Assembly (NCBI GenBank): GCA_016704485.1
Contig: JADJAA010000002.1
Location: 1,289,245 to 1,321,244, forward strand
From: Flavobacteriales bacterium
Lineage (GTDB): Bacteria > Bacteroidota > Bacteroidia > Flavobacteriales_F > PHOS-HE28
Length of the DNA: 32,000 bases
Direction: 5' to 3'
Part shown: piece after piece, positions 17,120 to 26,077 of the stretch
How the letters are laid out: every line of letters starts with the position of its first letter
Position numbering within the stretch: position 1 is the stretch's first letter
Notes under the pieces: generated by a model
What the model was told of the DNA's origin: nothing
Seen by the model: the letters and a program-made list of their open reading frames with translations, nothing else
Databases searched by the model: none
Translations under genes and position numbers: made by a program

Positions 17120-17579
17120 CCAAGAGATACTTTTATTCCTACAAGCGACCTTCGCGCATCATGTACGCATGTTGATGGTCGACGGCGGCGCCGTGAATTT
17201 CCACGGGTATCAGCGTCATTCAGCAGACTTGGATTTTTGGATAGAGCCAACACCGGCGAATTTTGAACAGCTTTTCAAGGCTTTAGAGTCAATAGGTTTC
17301 GAAGTTGGTAAGATCCCGAACGATGTGTTGGCGCAGGAACGTAATATGTCGATCAAGATCTCGCCTATGATGGAGGTTGAATTGATCACTCGATCCAACC
17401 CGAGCTGCACATTCGAGGAAGCTTGGTCGCGCAGAATAGAGGCAACGATCCTAGGTCATCCGATCACGAAGTATTTGGTCATCGGAAGATCTGACTTGAT
17501 CGAAAGCAAATTAAAAGCGGGCCGCGCGAAGGACTTGCATGATGTGCATGAGTTGAAGTTGCGCGCTGGGGAATTGTGA
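17106..17579 (+). CDS. Minimal nucleotidyltransferase-fold protein (DNA polymerase beta superfamily, DUF6036/AbiEii-like).
   Basis: VDGGAVNFHGYQRHSADLDFWI carries the GG-x(n)-DxD nucleotidyltransferase motif. The C-terminal LIESKLKAGRAKDLHDVHEL is typical of this family. Alternative ATG starts lie at 17055 and 17076. Confidence 0.7.
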   Translation: MRPFDQEILLFLQATFAHHVRMLMVDGGAVNFHGYQRHSADLDFWIEPTPANFEQLFKALESIGFEVGKIPNDVLAQERNMSIKISPMMEVELITRSNPSCTFEEAWSRRIEATILGHPITKYLVIGRSDLIESKLKAGRAKDLHDVHELKLRAGEL

Positions 17580-17623
17580 ACCAGTAGGTCGTTCGAGGAC
17601 AAACTGGGTCGGGAGATCACCTT

Positions 17624-19459
17624 TTACCCCACCCTCTCTTTCACCACATTCAGGAATGCTTCACCGAACTGGCTGGCCTTGTGATCGCCAACACCGTTGA
17701 CCAATCGGAATTCGTACAGGTTGGTCGGTCTTTTCTCAGCCATATCGATCAATGAAGCATCGCTGAATACCACGTAAGCAGGTTTACCTATTGCCTTGGC
17801 CAGCGTACGTCGAAGATCTTTCAATGCGCTTAGTAGATCAGCGCTTGCGGGGCTTGGTTCTGCAACCACTTGCCGTGTACGCTTAGTGCGTTCCTGACGC
17901 TCTTTCACCGTATCCGGACTCACCAAACGCACTGGTCGCTCGCCTTTTAAGACTGCTTCACCTGGAGTTGTAATGATCAAGTGATGATGATCACGATAAT
18001 CAACTTCGATAAGACCTAGGTGCATGAATTGCTGAATGAACTGTACCCAAGCAAAAGCGGTTATATCACTCCCTGCTCCGAACGTTTTGATCCTGTCCCA
18101 TCCTTTCTCGGTTACTTCATGGCTGTGGGATCCTTTCAACACATCAACCAACACGGACATCGGTAATTTCTGTCCACTGCGCACCACCGCACTCAACGCC
18201 TTCTGCGCTAGTATGGTCCCATCAAAGTACTTCGGTGGATCCTGGCAGACGTCACAATTTCCACAAGCCTCTGCGCTGTCTTCACTGAAGTAACTGAGCA
18301 GGATCGTCCGTCGGCATACTTGGGCCTCGGCGAACTCCTTCATACGTTCCAGTTTAGCAACTACGACATCTTTGTAGCGCTGTTCCTCGATCTCGTTGGC
18401 AAAGTGCATCTGTGTCTGCACATCGGCATAACTGTAGAACAGGATCGTTTCAGCTGGCTTACCATCACGCCCGGCTCTCCCGATCTCCTGGTAATATCCC
18501 TCAACGGTACCGGGTAGGTTATAATGGATCACGAACCGTACATCACTCTTGTCGATTCCCATACCGAAAGCGATCGTTGCACAGATCACATGCGTTTTGC
18601 CTTGAATGAAATCATCTTGAACACGGCTCCGATCTTCTGCATCCATTTTCGCATGATAGAACTCGGCCTTCACCCCGATCTTCTGCAACTTCGCTGCGAT
18701 CTTTTCAGTACTTGCTCTACTGTTACAATAGATGATCCCGCAATGCCCGACATGCCTTGCCATGATCCGCTCTATCGCCTTCCACCTATCCAGGCCTGGC
18801 AACACGGCGAGTGAAAGGTTGGGGCGATCAAAGCTGCTAACGAAGGTCTTCGGAGCTTTAAGGCCGAGGCAATGCCCAATGTCACCACGTACAGTTCTAT
18901 CTGCAGTTGCTGTTAGCGCGATCACAGGAACTTCAGGGAACCGTTGTTTCAGTGCATGCAACTGCTTGTACTCTGGTCTAAAATGATGGCCCCATGTACT
19001 AATGCAATGGGCCTCATCGACCGCGAAAAGCTTAACATTCAATTCTTCCAGCCGTTCCAAGAAGCCTTGTTGGAAAAGACGTTCTGGTGAAACGTAGAGC
19101 AACTTCATTGCCCCGCTGCGCAATTCGCGGTTTATTTCCTGCTCCTCATTGTATGATAATGAGCTGTTCAAATATGCTGCCGCAATTCCATTTCCTTGAA
19201 GTGCCTGTACCTGATCCTTCATCAATGCGATCAAGGGTGATATCACCACGGTCAGCCCATCGAACGCCAAAGCTGGAAGTTGAAAACAAATGCTCTTTCC
19301 GCCTCCTGTCGGCATTAGAACAATGGCATCGTTCCCCTTGAGAACATGATCGATGACTTCCTTCTGCTGAGGCCGAAAGCTGCGATATCCGAAGTGACGT
19401 TCAAGAAGTTCACCAACGTTCAAGGTCGTAGTAGCTGGTTCTGATAGAAAGTTCGGCAT
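17624..19459 (-). CDS. recQ: ATP-dependent DNA helicase RecQ.
   Basis: The ORF contains FGYRSFRPQQKEVI, MPTGGGKSICFQLPA, DEAHCISTWGHHFRPEY, the zinc-finger cysteines CGNCDVC and a C-terminal HRDC-like region. The start is probably ATG 19459 (MPNFLSE...), which lies inside the longer track ORF. Confidence 0.95.
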   Translation of the reverse strand: MPNFLSEPATTTLNVGELLERHFGYRSFRPQQKEVIDHVLKGNDAIVLMPTGGGKSICFQLPALAFDGLTVVISPLIALMKDQVQALQGNGIAAAYLNSSLSYNEEQEINRELRSGAMKLLYVSPERLFQQGFLERLEELNVKLFAVDEAHCISTWGHHFRPEYKQLHALKQRFPEVPVIALTATADRTVRGDIGHCLGLKAPKTFVSSFDRPNLSLAVLPGLDRWKAIERIMARHVGHCGIIYCNSRASTEKIAAKLQKIGVKAEFYHAKMDAEDRSRVQDDFIQGKTHVICATIAFGMGIDKSDVRFVIHYNLPGTVEGYYQEIGRAGRDGKPAETILFYSYADVQTQMHFANEIEEQRYKDVVVAKLERMKEFAEAQVCRRTILLSYFSEDSAEACGNCDVCQDPPKYFDGTILAQKALSAVVRSGQKLPMSVLVDVLKGSHSHEVTEKGWDRIKTFGAGSDITAFAWVQFIQQFMHLGLIEVDYRDHHHLIITTPGEAVLKGERPVRLVSPDTVKERQERTKRTRQVVAEPSPASADLLSALKDLRRTLAKAIGKPAYVVFSDASLIDMAEKRPTNLYEFRLVNGVGDHKASQFGEAFLNVVKERVG

Positions 19460-19673
19460 ACGATCAAAGCAAGCCGACAATGTAGGAACGATGCAATGGG
19501 GCAGCAAGAAAACAGCTCAGGAGTTTTGAACCACGTCCTACATTACGCAACAATCTCTTGATCCAAGGATACCCATTTCCGGGTAATTTGGCCCTGAATA
19601 TCCACTAAAGATCAAAGTTCCATTCCTCGCTCCGTACATTCGCTTGGACGATCTCATCCACACCCCCATTTCA

Positions 19674-20465
19674 ATGAAAGACATCCTCTGTCCCACCGAT
19701 CTATCCGAAACATCGTTGAAAGGAATTCAATATGCGGACATGCTAGCCGCCGGACTCAATTCCTCTGTCTCGCTTTTGCATGTAATGAACAAGGCAGAAT
19801 CGCAGGGAGAGGCCCGTATCGCGGCAAAAGTCAAAATGGACGATCAGGTCTCACATGTAAAACAAGCACCGATCACATGTCATTTCCGCGACGGTGAATT
19901 CATGGAAGAGATAACACGCGAAAGCAGAACAGGACATGCCATGATGGTATGTGCTACACACGGATCCCGAGGACTTCGGCAATCACTGTTCGGAACGGAC
20001 ATACTGAAATTGGTCCGGCGCGTGGAGGTTCCTTCATTGGTGGTGCAGGCGCATAGCGGTACACCTACTTCGCTAGGGACCATAGTAATGCCGGTCGCTA
20101 GCCATAAAGAGATCGATCATTTATTGAATGCCGTATCGATGCTCGCTTCAGCCTTTGGCAGTGAGGTGCATATTTACCAATTGAACCGCCCCGGTGAGCA
20201 ACCGAGTGAGGATCTGCTGGCAAACAAGAAGCATATGAGTGAATACCTGACGAAGGTCGGGATCCGGCATATGAACGTAGAAGATGATGAAACATCGTTC
20301 TCGATCGGTTTTGCTGTTCAAACGATCGCTTATGCGGATCGTATCGGGGCAGGTTGCATTGCGATCATGTCGATGGCATCTGATGAATACCGCTACATCG
20401 CGGATGCGGAAAAGGAGCGCATGTTGACCAACGAACCTGGAATTCCAGTTTTGTGCGCTAGGTGA
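19674..20465 (+). CDS. Universal stress protein with tandem Usp domains.
   Basis: ATG 19674 gives MKDILCPTDLSETSLKGIQYA. The track start at 19644 is a TTG. There are two Usp-like halves. Confidence 0.8.
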   Translation: MKDILCPTDLSETSLKGIQYADMLAAGLNSSVSLLHVMNKAESQGEARIAAKVKMDDQVSHVKQAPITCHFRDGEFMEEITRESRTGHAMMVCATHGSRGLRQSLFGTDILKLVRRVEVPSLVVQAHSGTPTSLGTIVMPVASHKEIDHLLNAVSMLASAFGSEVHIYQLNRPGEQPSEDLLANKKHMSEYLTKVGIRHMNVEDDETSFSIGFAVQTIAYADRIGAGCIAIMSMASDEYRYIADAEKERMLTNEPGIPVLCAR

Positions 20466-20520
20466 TCCTGAACACTTGAACTTCTTTGAACTTTAGGTAT
20501 TCTTGAAAAAATTCGTCACT

Positions 20521-20544
20521 AATTTTCAATACTATTTGAAAATT
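20521..20544. promoter_or_regulatory. Operator-like inverted repeat upstream of the GbsR-type regulator gene.
   Basis: aattttcaa (20521-20529) and ttgaaaatt (20536-20544) form a perfect 9-bp inverted repeat with a 6-nt spacer. The core is TTTCA-N8-TGAAA at 20524-20541. The repeat ends 35 nt before ATG 20579. Confidence 0.5.
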
Positions 20545-20578
20545 CAGTTCTTTCATCCTAGATTTGTACCATTGAACG

Positions 20579-21079
20579 ATGGAACTACACGAAGCAAAAG
20601 ACAGATTCACCCAAGCGTGGGGCACTTTTGCAACGCATTGGGGCATCAATAGGAGCATGGCGCAAGTACATGCATTGTTGTTGATCAGCGCCGAGCCGTT
20701 GAGCACCGAGGATGTCATGGAACAGCTCAACATCAGCCGCGGCAACGCCAACATGAACCTACGCGCTTTGATCGACTGGCAATTGGTGGATAAAGTGTTG
20801 AAGAGCGGGGAACGCAGGGAATTTTTTCAAGCTGAAAAAGACGTGTGGAAGATTGCTACGCACATTACCCGTGAGCGCAAGAAAAGGGAGTTGGAACCCA
20901 TGGTAAAACTGCTCAGCGAGCTGAAGAAGACAGAGGGAACTACCAAGGATGCCAAAGCCTTTCGTGAAATGACCACCGACCTACATGACCTAACAGGAAC
21001 GATTGATGCGGTGTTGGAGAAAAGTACACGTAGGGATGTACAGTGGTTCTTGAAAGCGGCATCCACCCTCCTCCGGTGA
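20579..21079 (+). CDS. GbsR/MarR-family transcriptional regulator.
   Basis: WGINRSMAQVHALLLISAEPLSTEDVMEQLNISRGNANMNLRALIDWQLV...GERREFFQAEKDVW matches the GbsR/OpcR-type winged-helix pattern. Confidence 0.8.
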   Translation: MELHEAKDRFTQAWGTFATHWGINRSMAQVHALLLISAEPLSTEDVMEQLNISRGNANMNLRALIDWQLVDKVLKSGERREFFQAEKDVWKIATHITRERKKRELEPMVKLLSELKKTEGTTKDAKAFREMTTDLHDLTGTIDAVLEKSTRRDVQWFLKAASTLLR

Positions 21080-21101
21080 TGTTGCTATTTTTGATCATAT
21101 G

Positions 21102-21124
21102 TTTCATAATTTATTGAAATTTCA
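21102..21124. promoter_or_regulatory. Second TTTCA-N8-TGAAA motif, upstream of the first small membrane-protein gene.
   Basis: tttca (21102-21106), then N8 taatttat, then tgaaa (21115-21119). This is followed directly by tttca, so tgaaatttca (21115-21124) is a 10-bp palindrome. The motif ends 16 nt before ATG 21140. Confidence 0.45.
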
Positions 21125-21139
21125 TTAACAAAATGACCA

Positions 21140-21553
21140 ATGAACTTCAACCTGGTCAGCTACGCGATCTTCTTCCCCGCGATGGTGGCGATAACAGTTG
21201 TAGTTGCACAGGTTTGCCACAAACATGGTCGCGTATGGATGTTGCGGATCTTCGACAATGAAACTGAATTCGTAGATGCGGTGAACAACGTGCTATTGGT
21301 AGGCTGTTACATCGTGAACTTCGGATATGTAGCGCTCGTGTTAAGCGCTTGGGAGACCATCAACAGTGCGCAAGAAATGATAAGTACGCTGGGCCAACAC
21401 GTTGCCTTGATCCTCTATGGTCTAGCCGGCCTCCACTACACCAACATTACGACCCTCTTCATTTGGGCACATTCTAAGAAAAGCAAACATGCCGATCATG
21501 AGCGGCGAAGCTTACATAACGCAGCGATCATGAGCGCTGCTGACACGAAATAA
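21140..21553 (+). CDS. Small integral membrane protein (about 3 TM), paralog 1.
   Basis: The 137-aa ORF has three hydrophobic segments. It aligns with the next gene (RVWMLRIFDNETEFVDAVNNVLLVGCYIVNFGY against RVFMLDIFNGKEDIAHSTNKLFEVGFYLLNIGF). Confidence 0.75.
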   Translation: MNFNLVSYAIFFPAMVAITVVVAQVCHKHGRVWMLRIFDNETEFVDAVNNVLLVGCYIVNFGYVALVLSAWETINSAQEMISTLGQHVALILYGLAGLHYTNITTLFIWAHSKKSKHADHERRSLHNAAIMSAADTK

Positions 21554-21561
21554 CCAAGACA

Positions 21562-21972
21562 ATGGAAAATAAGTTCATCCTCGCGTACATGGTCTACCTG
21601 ACCATAACAATGGGCCTAACGCTTTATGTGGCGCGCACCCTGTTCCGCAATGCACGAGTATTCATGCTCGATATTTTCAATGGCAAAGAAGACATTGCGC
21701 ACAGCACCAATAAACTGTTCGAGGTCGGGTTCTATCTGCTTAACATCGGCTTCGCGATGAAGATCTTGAAGATCGACCATTACTACCGCGATGTGGCTTT
21801 TGGTTATCAGGCAATGGTCGAGGTACTCGCCAGCAAGATCGGCGGGTTCAGCATCTATCTTGGGATCATGCTGTTCTTCAACCTATTCCTGTTCTTTCGG
21901 GGCCGGAGAAAAAGCAGAGAACATCGTCCGTTGCCACCTGCAATTCCCCATGTTGAAACTCCAAAACGCTAA
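21562..21972 (+). CDS. Small integral membrane protein (about 3 TM), paralog 2.
   Basis: The 136-aa ORF starts 8 nt after paralog 1 and has the same architecture with a basic C-terminal tail. Confidence 0.75.
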   Translation: MENKFILAYMVYLTITMGLTLYVARTLFRNARVFMLDIFNGKEDIAHSTNKLFEVGFYLLNIGFAMKILKIDHYYRDVAFGYQAMVEVLASKIGGFSIYLGIMLFFNLFLFFRGRRKSREHRPLPPAIPHVETPKR

Positions 21973-21975
21973 CCC

Positions 21976-22914
21976 ATGAAAAGCAAGAGGAAGATCATCC
22001 TTGCAGGTGGTACAGGCACCATGGGCAAGATCCTGCAACAGCATTTTGCTGAACTAGGCTACGACGTGGTCGTGCTGTCGCGAAGCCCGAAGACGAAAAG
22101 TGCAACGGGGATACGCCACATGCATTGGGATGCAAGCTCAATTGGCCCCTGGGCAAAGGAACTGGAATCCGCCAAAGCCGTTATCAATTTGGCCGGCCGC
22201 AGTGTGGACTGCAGGTATACAGCAAAGAACAAAGCCTTGATCCTGAACAGTCGTGTTAATGCCACCCGCGTATTAGGCGATGCCATAGCCGCATGTACGA
22301 CCCCGCCCGAAACGTGGATCAACTTGAGCAGCGCCACCGTGTACCGACATGCTGAAGACCGACCACAAGATGAATTCACCGGCGAATTGGGTACGGATTT
22401 CAGTCCGGGAATTGTAAAGGCCTGGGAGAAGGAATTCTTCTGTCATACACTAAAAGGCGTGCGCCAAGTCGCGGTGCGCAGTGCGATCGTATTGAGCAAC
22501 CAAGGCGGAGCGTGGCCCATGTACGTAGGCATAACAAAAGCGGGGTTGGGCGGGGCGCATGGTAGCGGGAACCAATTCGTGAGCTGGATACATGAAGAAG
22601 ATGTGAAGCATTTTTTCAACTGGATCATAGACACGCCTACTGTGGAAGGCATCATCGATCTTGCATCACCGAACCCTTTGCCACAACGTGCATTCATGGA
22701 GCAGATCCGCCAGCATACAAAGCCCATCTTCCATATCAATGCACCGGTTTGGATGTTAACTATCGGTGCCTTCTTTATGGGCACGGAAACCGAGTTGATC
22801 CTGAAAAGTCGACAAGTAATTCCGACCAAAGCACTACAACTTGGTTACATCTTCAAGCACGCGCATATCGGTGGCGCAATGACCCAATTGTTCACTGAAC
22901 AGCTATCAAAATGA
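21976..22914 (+). CDS. TIGR01777-type epimerase-family protein (SDR with a DUF1731-like C-terminus).
   Basis: ILAGGTGTMGKILQQHFAELGYDVVVLSR is a Rossmann GxxGxxG motif. The length and the C-terminal PTKALQLGYIFKH segment are typical of the family. Confidence 0.8.
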   Translation: MKSKRKIILAGGTGTMGKILQQHFAELGYDVVVLSRSPKTKSATGIRHMHWDASSIGPWAKELESAKAVINLAGRSVDCRYTAKNKALILNSRVNATRVLGDAIAACTTPPETWINLSSATVYRHAEDRPQDEFTGELGTDFSPGIVKAWEKEFFCHTLKGVRQVAVRSAIVLSNQGGAWPMYVGITKAGLGGAHGSGNQFVSWIHEEDVKHFFNWIIDTPTVEGIIDLASPNPLPQRAFMEQIRQHTKPIFHINAPVWMLTIGAFFMGTETELILKSRQVIPTKALQLGYIFKHAHIGGAMTQLFTEQLSK

Positions 22915-23306
22915 CCACCATCTTACACCTCCTACACTGCGATGGATGCACGGACAAACTGCATTACCAGCGCAATATTTCCGCGCTTGCACTAGCAAAA
23001 GCCTTTGCAGACCTGTTCATTATCTCATTGGTCCCGGATCTTGGCATACAGCATGTGATCAAGAGCTGGGTCAACCCCTTTGCATTGATCGGACCATGGC
23101 TTGCCAATGCACTACCCCTCGCCCTCTGCCTAAGCACATTCGCCTTCTTCGCCGGTTTTGTTTGGAACAGTGCACACCGTGCTCGGGATATTGGCTGGGT
23201 ACACTGGAGCGGGTTGATCGCTGTTATCCCATTCATGAATGTGTTGTTTACCGTTGTACTTTTTGTACGGCCAAGCAAAAAGCACTCGGTTTGGGATCTG
23301 GTATGA
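22911..23306 (+). CDS. DUF805-like inner-membrane protein.
   Basis: The start overlaps the upstream stop (ATGA at 22911-22914). Hydrophobic segments flank AHRARDIGWVHWSGLIAVIPFMN, which resembles the RLHDxGxSGWW...IP motif of DUF805. Confidence 0.55.
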   Translation: MTTILHLLHCDGCTDKLHYQRNISALALAKAFADLFIISLVPDLGIQHVIKSWVNPFALIGPWLANALPLALCLSTFAFFAGFVWNSAHRARDIGWVHWSGLIAVIPFMNVLFTVVLFVRPSKKHSVWDLV

Positions 23307-23410
23307 AACGAGGGGAACGCCTGATTCCTTGAAGCTTGGCTGCCATTTCCTAGGAACGATCAATACAGCCTAAATTGCGGGCCAGACCAGTACAAGGACC
23401 AGTAAAACCG

Positions 23411-24007
23411 ATGCCTAAGAATTCCTTCCGTTCATGGTCGTTCCTGATCTCACTGTTATACGCAACATGCGGAACCAACGCCCAGAACGCCAGCTACAAC
23501 ATCCTAAAAGGCGGCGATGTGATCGGGAATATTCAAGCAACGCGTAAGGTGTCAGGAGATCGCACTTATTACAGCATGATCTCCAATTCCGAGTTCAGCA
23601 TTCTCTGGAAGAATACCGTGCAAAGCACCACTATCACGGAGTATCATAGGAAGACGATCACCAGTTGCGGAGCACATATGCGGATCAATGGAGAAATGCG
23701 CGACAGCAGCCGTATGACGCTAGTAGGAGCCGAGGCACATTGCTATGTACACCCCAGGAACCATTTCATACACAACGGCACTGTTGAATGGACCACCGCC
23801 CGGATGTATTACGAGGAACCCATTGGACAGCCCATGATCTTTGTTGAAAGTGTGATGGGATACTGTCCTATGGAGACCACTGGAAAGGGAACCTATAAAC
23901 TCACATTACCGGAAGGCAAAGTGAACCATTACACCTATGTTGGTGGCATTCTTCAGGAGGTGTTGGTGATCAGATCCCTATTCGATCTGGTTTTTCGTAG
24001 GGTATGA
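23411..24007 (+). CDS. Secreted hypothetical protein.
   Basis: ATG 23411 gives MPKNSFRSWSFLISLLYATCGTNAQ, which is signal-peptide-like. The track start at 23375 is a TTG extension. I do not firmly recognise a family. Confidence 0.65.
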   Translation: MPKNSFRSWSFLISLLYATCGTNAQNASYNILKGGDVIGNIQATRKVSGDRTYYSMISNSEFSILWKNTVQSTTITEYHRKTITSCGAHMRINGEMRDSSRMTLVGAEAHCYVHPRNHFIHNGTVEWTTARMYYEEPIGQPMIFVESVMGYCPMETTGKGTYKLTLPEGKVNHYTYVGGILQEVLVIRSLFDLVFRRV

Positions 24008-24142
24008 TAACTCCACTACACGGCAGTTCATGTCTGAGCGATCATTCTCAGCACACCGCTCCTAACGCTCCCCCGCCGTTCGTGTAACCACGGGAAACGC
24101 TACGGGCACATCCGGTAATTTCGTACCCGTTCCACTAGCACT

Positions 24143-24826
24143 ATGATCAAGCTCACCGGCATTCGGAAGTCCTACCAGATGGGTAGCAATACCTTGGAGG
24201 TTCTCAAAGGCATTGACCTGACAATAAAAAAGGGGGAATTGGTAAGTATCATGGGCAGTTCAGGTTCCGGCAAAAGCACCTTGCTGAACATCATCGGGAT
24301 CCTGGACAACTTGGACAGTGGCACCTATTTGCTGGACGGAATGCCCATTGTGGATCTTACAGAGACCAGAGCCGCACAGATCCGAAGTCAATATATCGGC
24401 TTCGTATTCCAGAGCTTCAATCTTATTGCATTCAAGAACGCTTGGGAGAATGTTGCCTTGCCCCTCTATTACCAGAAAGTGAGCAGAAAGATCAGGCAGG
24501 AAAAAGCATATGATATGCTCGAAAAGGTGGGGCTGCGTGATTGGGCTGGGCACATGCCGAATGAGCTTAGTGGTGGTCAAAAACAGCGTGTTGCAATTGC
24601 ACGTGCGTTGATCAGCGATCCAAAGCTCATCTTAGCGGATGAGCCCACTGGAGCGTTGGATAGCACCACTAGTTCGGATGTTATGGCCCAACTGATCCGC
24701 GTGAATAAGGAACTGGGCATTACCGTTGTGATCGTTACCCACGAGCGAGAGATCGCTAATATGACGGATCGCTTGATCTATTTAAAGGACGGTTTGATCG
24801 AAAGCCACAACGCGTTGATCCAATAA
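24143..24826 (+). CDS. ABC transporter ATP-binding protein (MacB/LolD type).
   Basis: The ORF has Walker A (GSSGSGKST), the signature LSGGQKQR, Walker B (ILADEPTGALD) and the H-loop (VTHE). Confidence 0.95.
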   Translation: MIKLTGIRKSYQMGSNTLEVLKGIDLTIKKGELVSIMGSSGSGKSTLLNIIGILDNLDSGTYLLDGMPIVDLTETRAAQIRSQYIGFVFQSFNLIAFKNAWENVALPLYYQKVSRKIRQEKAYDMLEKVGLRDWAGHMPNELSGGQKQRVAIARALISDPKLILADEPTGALDSTTSSDVMAQLIRVNKELGITVVIVTHEREIANMTDRLIYLKDGLIESHNALIQ

Positions 24827-24829
24827 GAC

Positions 24830-26077
24830 ATGTTCGACCGGGATAAATGGCAAGAGATCTTCGACACGATGAGCAAGAACAAATTGCGCACCGTGTTGAC
24901 CGGTTTCAGTGTATTCTGGGGTATAGCGGTATTGGTCCTGCTCCTTGGACTGGCTGCCGGACTCGGCAATGGCTTTTCTTACAACTTCCGGAATACGGCG
25001 ATGAACTCCATCAGTATATGGGGCGGTGAAACGAGCAAGATCTACAAAGGTCTACCACCGAACCGGGAAATACAGTTGGACATGGGCGATATCCGTGCGC
25101 TGAAGAACATAGTGCCCGGAGTGATCGATGTAAGCGGTGAATTCCGACTATGGCGTGGACGAAGCCAACTGAATTATGGTAAGAACTATGGCAACTTTAC
25201 CATTAAGGGAATACAACCCAATTACCAAGCGTTGGAACGTCAGGTGGTTACCAGCGGGCGTTTCATCAATGAAGTGGACCAGAACGAAACACGCAAAGTG
25301 ATCGTCATGGCACAAGATGCCGTTGAAGCGTTATTCAAGAAAGAAGATCCGATCCACAAATGGGTACAAGTAAATGGCATACCCTTCGAAGTGGTGGGGA
25401 TCTACAAGTTTGAAAGTGAAGGTCGAGGAGGCAACAACCAAAGCAGTTCAGTTTTCATTCCACTTAGTGCAGCCCAAAAAGTGTTCCATGCGGATGACAA
25501 GGTGGATCGTATCGTTTTCAGTTTTGCGGATGCTTCGGAATTGGGATCCAAACAAGCAGAAAGCCGTGCGATCGCGGTTCTCTCTGGTCGGCACCAATTC
25601 GACCCGAAGGACGATCGCGCTCTATATATAGACAACAACGTGGAGAACCTGTCCATGTTCAACGAGATCTTCGGCGGTATAAACTGGTTCACGATCTTCA
25701 TTGGTCTGGGCACCATCATCGCCGGTATCGTTGGTGTAAGCAACATCATGCTGATCGTTGTAAAAGACCGTACACGTGAGATCGGTATCCGAAAAGCATT
25801 GGGTGCTACGCCCATGAACGTGATCTCCCAAGTGATCATGGAAGCCATATTCGTAACGGGTGTATTCGGGTTCTTCGGTCTGTTCTTCGGCTTTATGCTG
25901 ATCGAAGGCCTAGCGACAGCTATTCCCGGAAGTGAGATGTTCCGGGATCCCGAGGTAAAGCTCAGTGTAGCTGTTGGAGCATTACTACTGTTAGTACTTG
26001 CTGGGGCCATAGCAGGTTGGATCCCTGCACGCATTGCAGCAAACGTTCGGCCTATTGAGGCCTTAAGAGACGAGTGA
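24830..26077 (+). CDS. ABC transporter permease, FtsX/MacB family (permease 1).
   Basis: The 415-aa ORF has an N-terminal TM, a large extracytoplasmic domain, and a C-terminal FtsX core (KDRTREIGIRKALGATP). Confidence 0.9.
   Translation: MFDRDKWQEIFDTMSKNKLRTVLTGFSVFWGIAVLVLLLGLAAGLGNGFSYNFRNTAMNSISIWGGETSKIYKGLPPNREIQLDMGDIRALKNIVPGVIDVSGEFRLWRGRSQLNYGKNYGNFTIKGIQPNYQALERQVVTSGRFINEVDQNETRKVIVMAQDAVEALFKKEDPIHKWVQVNGIPFEVVGIYKFESEGRGGNNQSSSVFIPLSAAQKVFHADDKVDRIVFSFADASELGSKQAESRAIAVLSGRHQFDPKDDRALYIDNNVENLSMFNEIFGGINWFTIFIGLGTIIAGIVGVSNIMLIVVKDRTREIGIRKALGATPMNVISQVIMEAIFVTGVFGFFGLFFGFMLIEGLATAIPGSEMFRDPEVKLSVAVGALLLLVLAGAIAGWIPARIAANVRPIEALRDE

Noticed and set aside
18036-19341. Several plus-strand ORFs of 65-96 aa.
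   Set aside because: They are antisense shadows of recQ.
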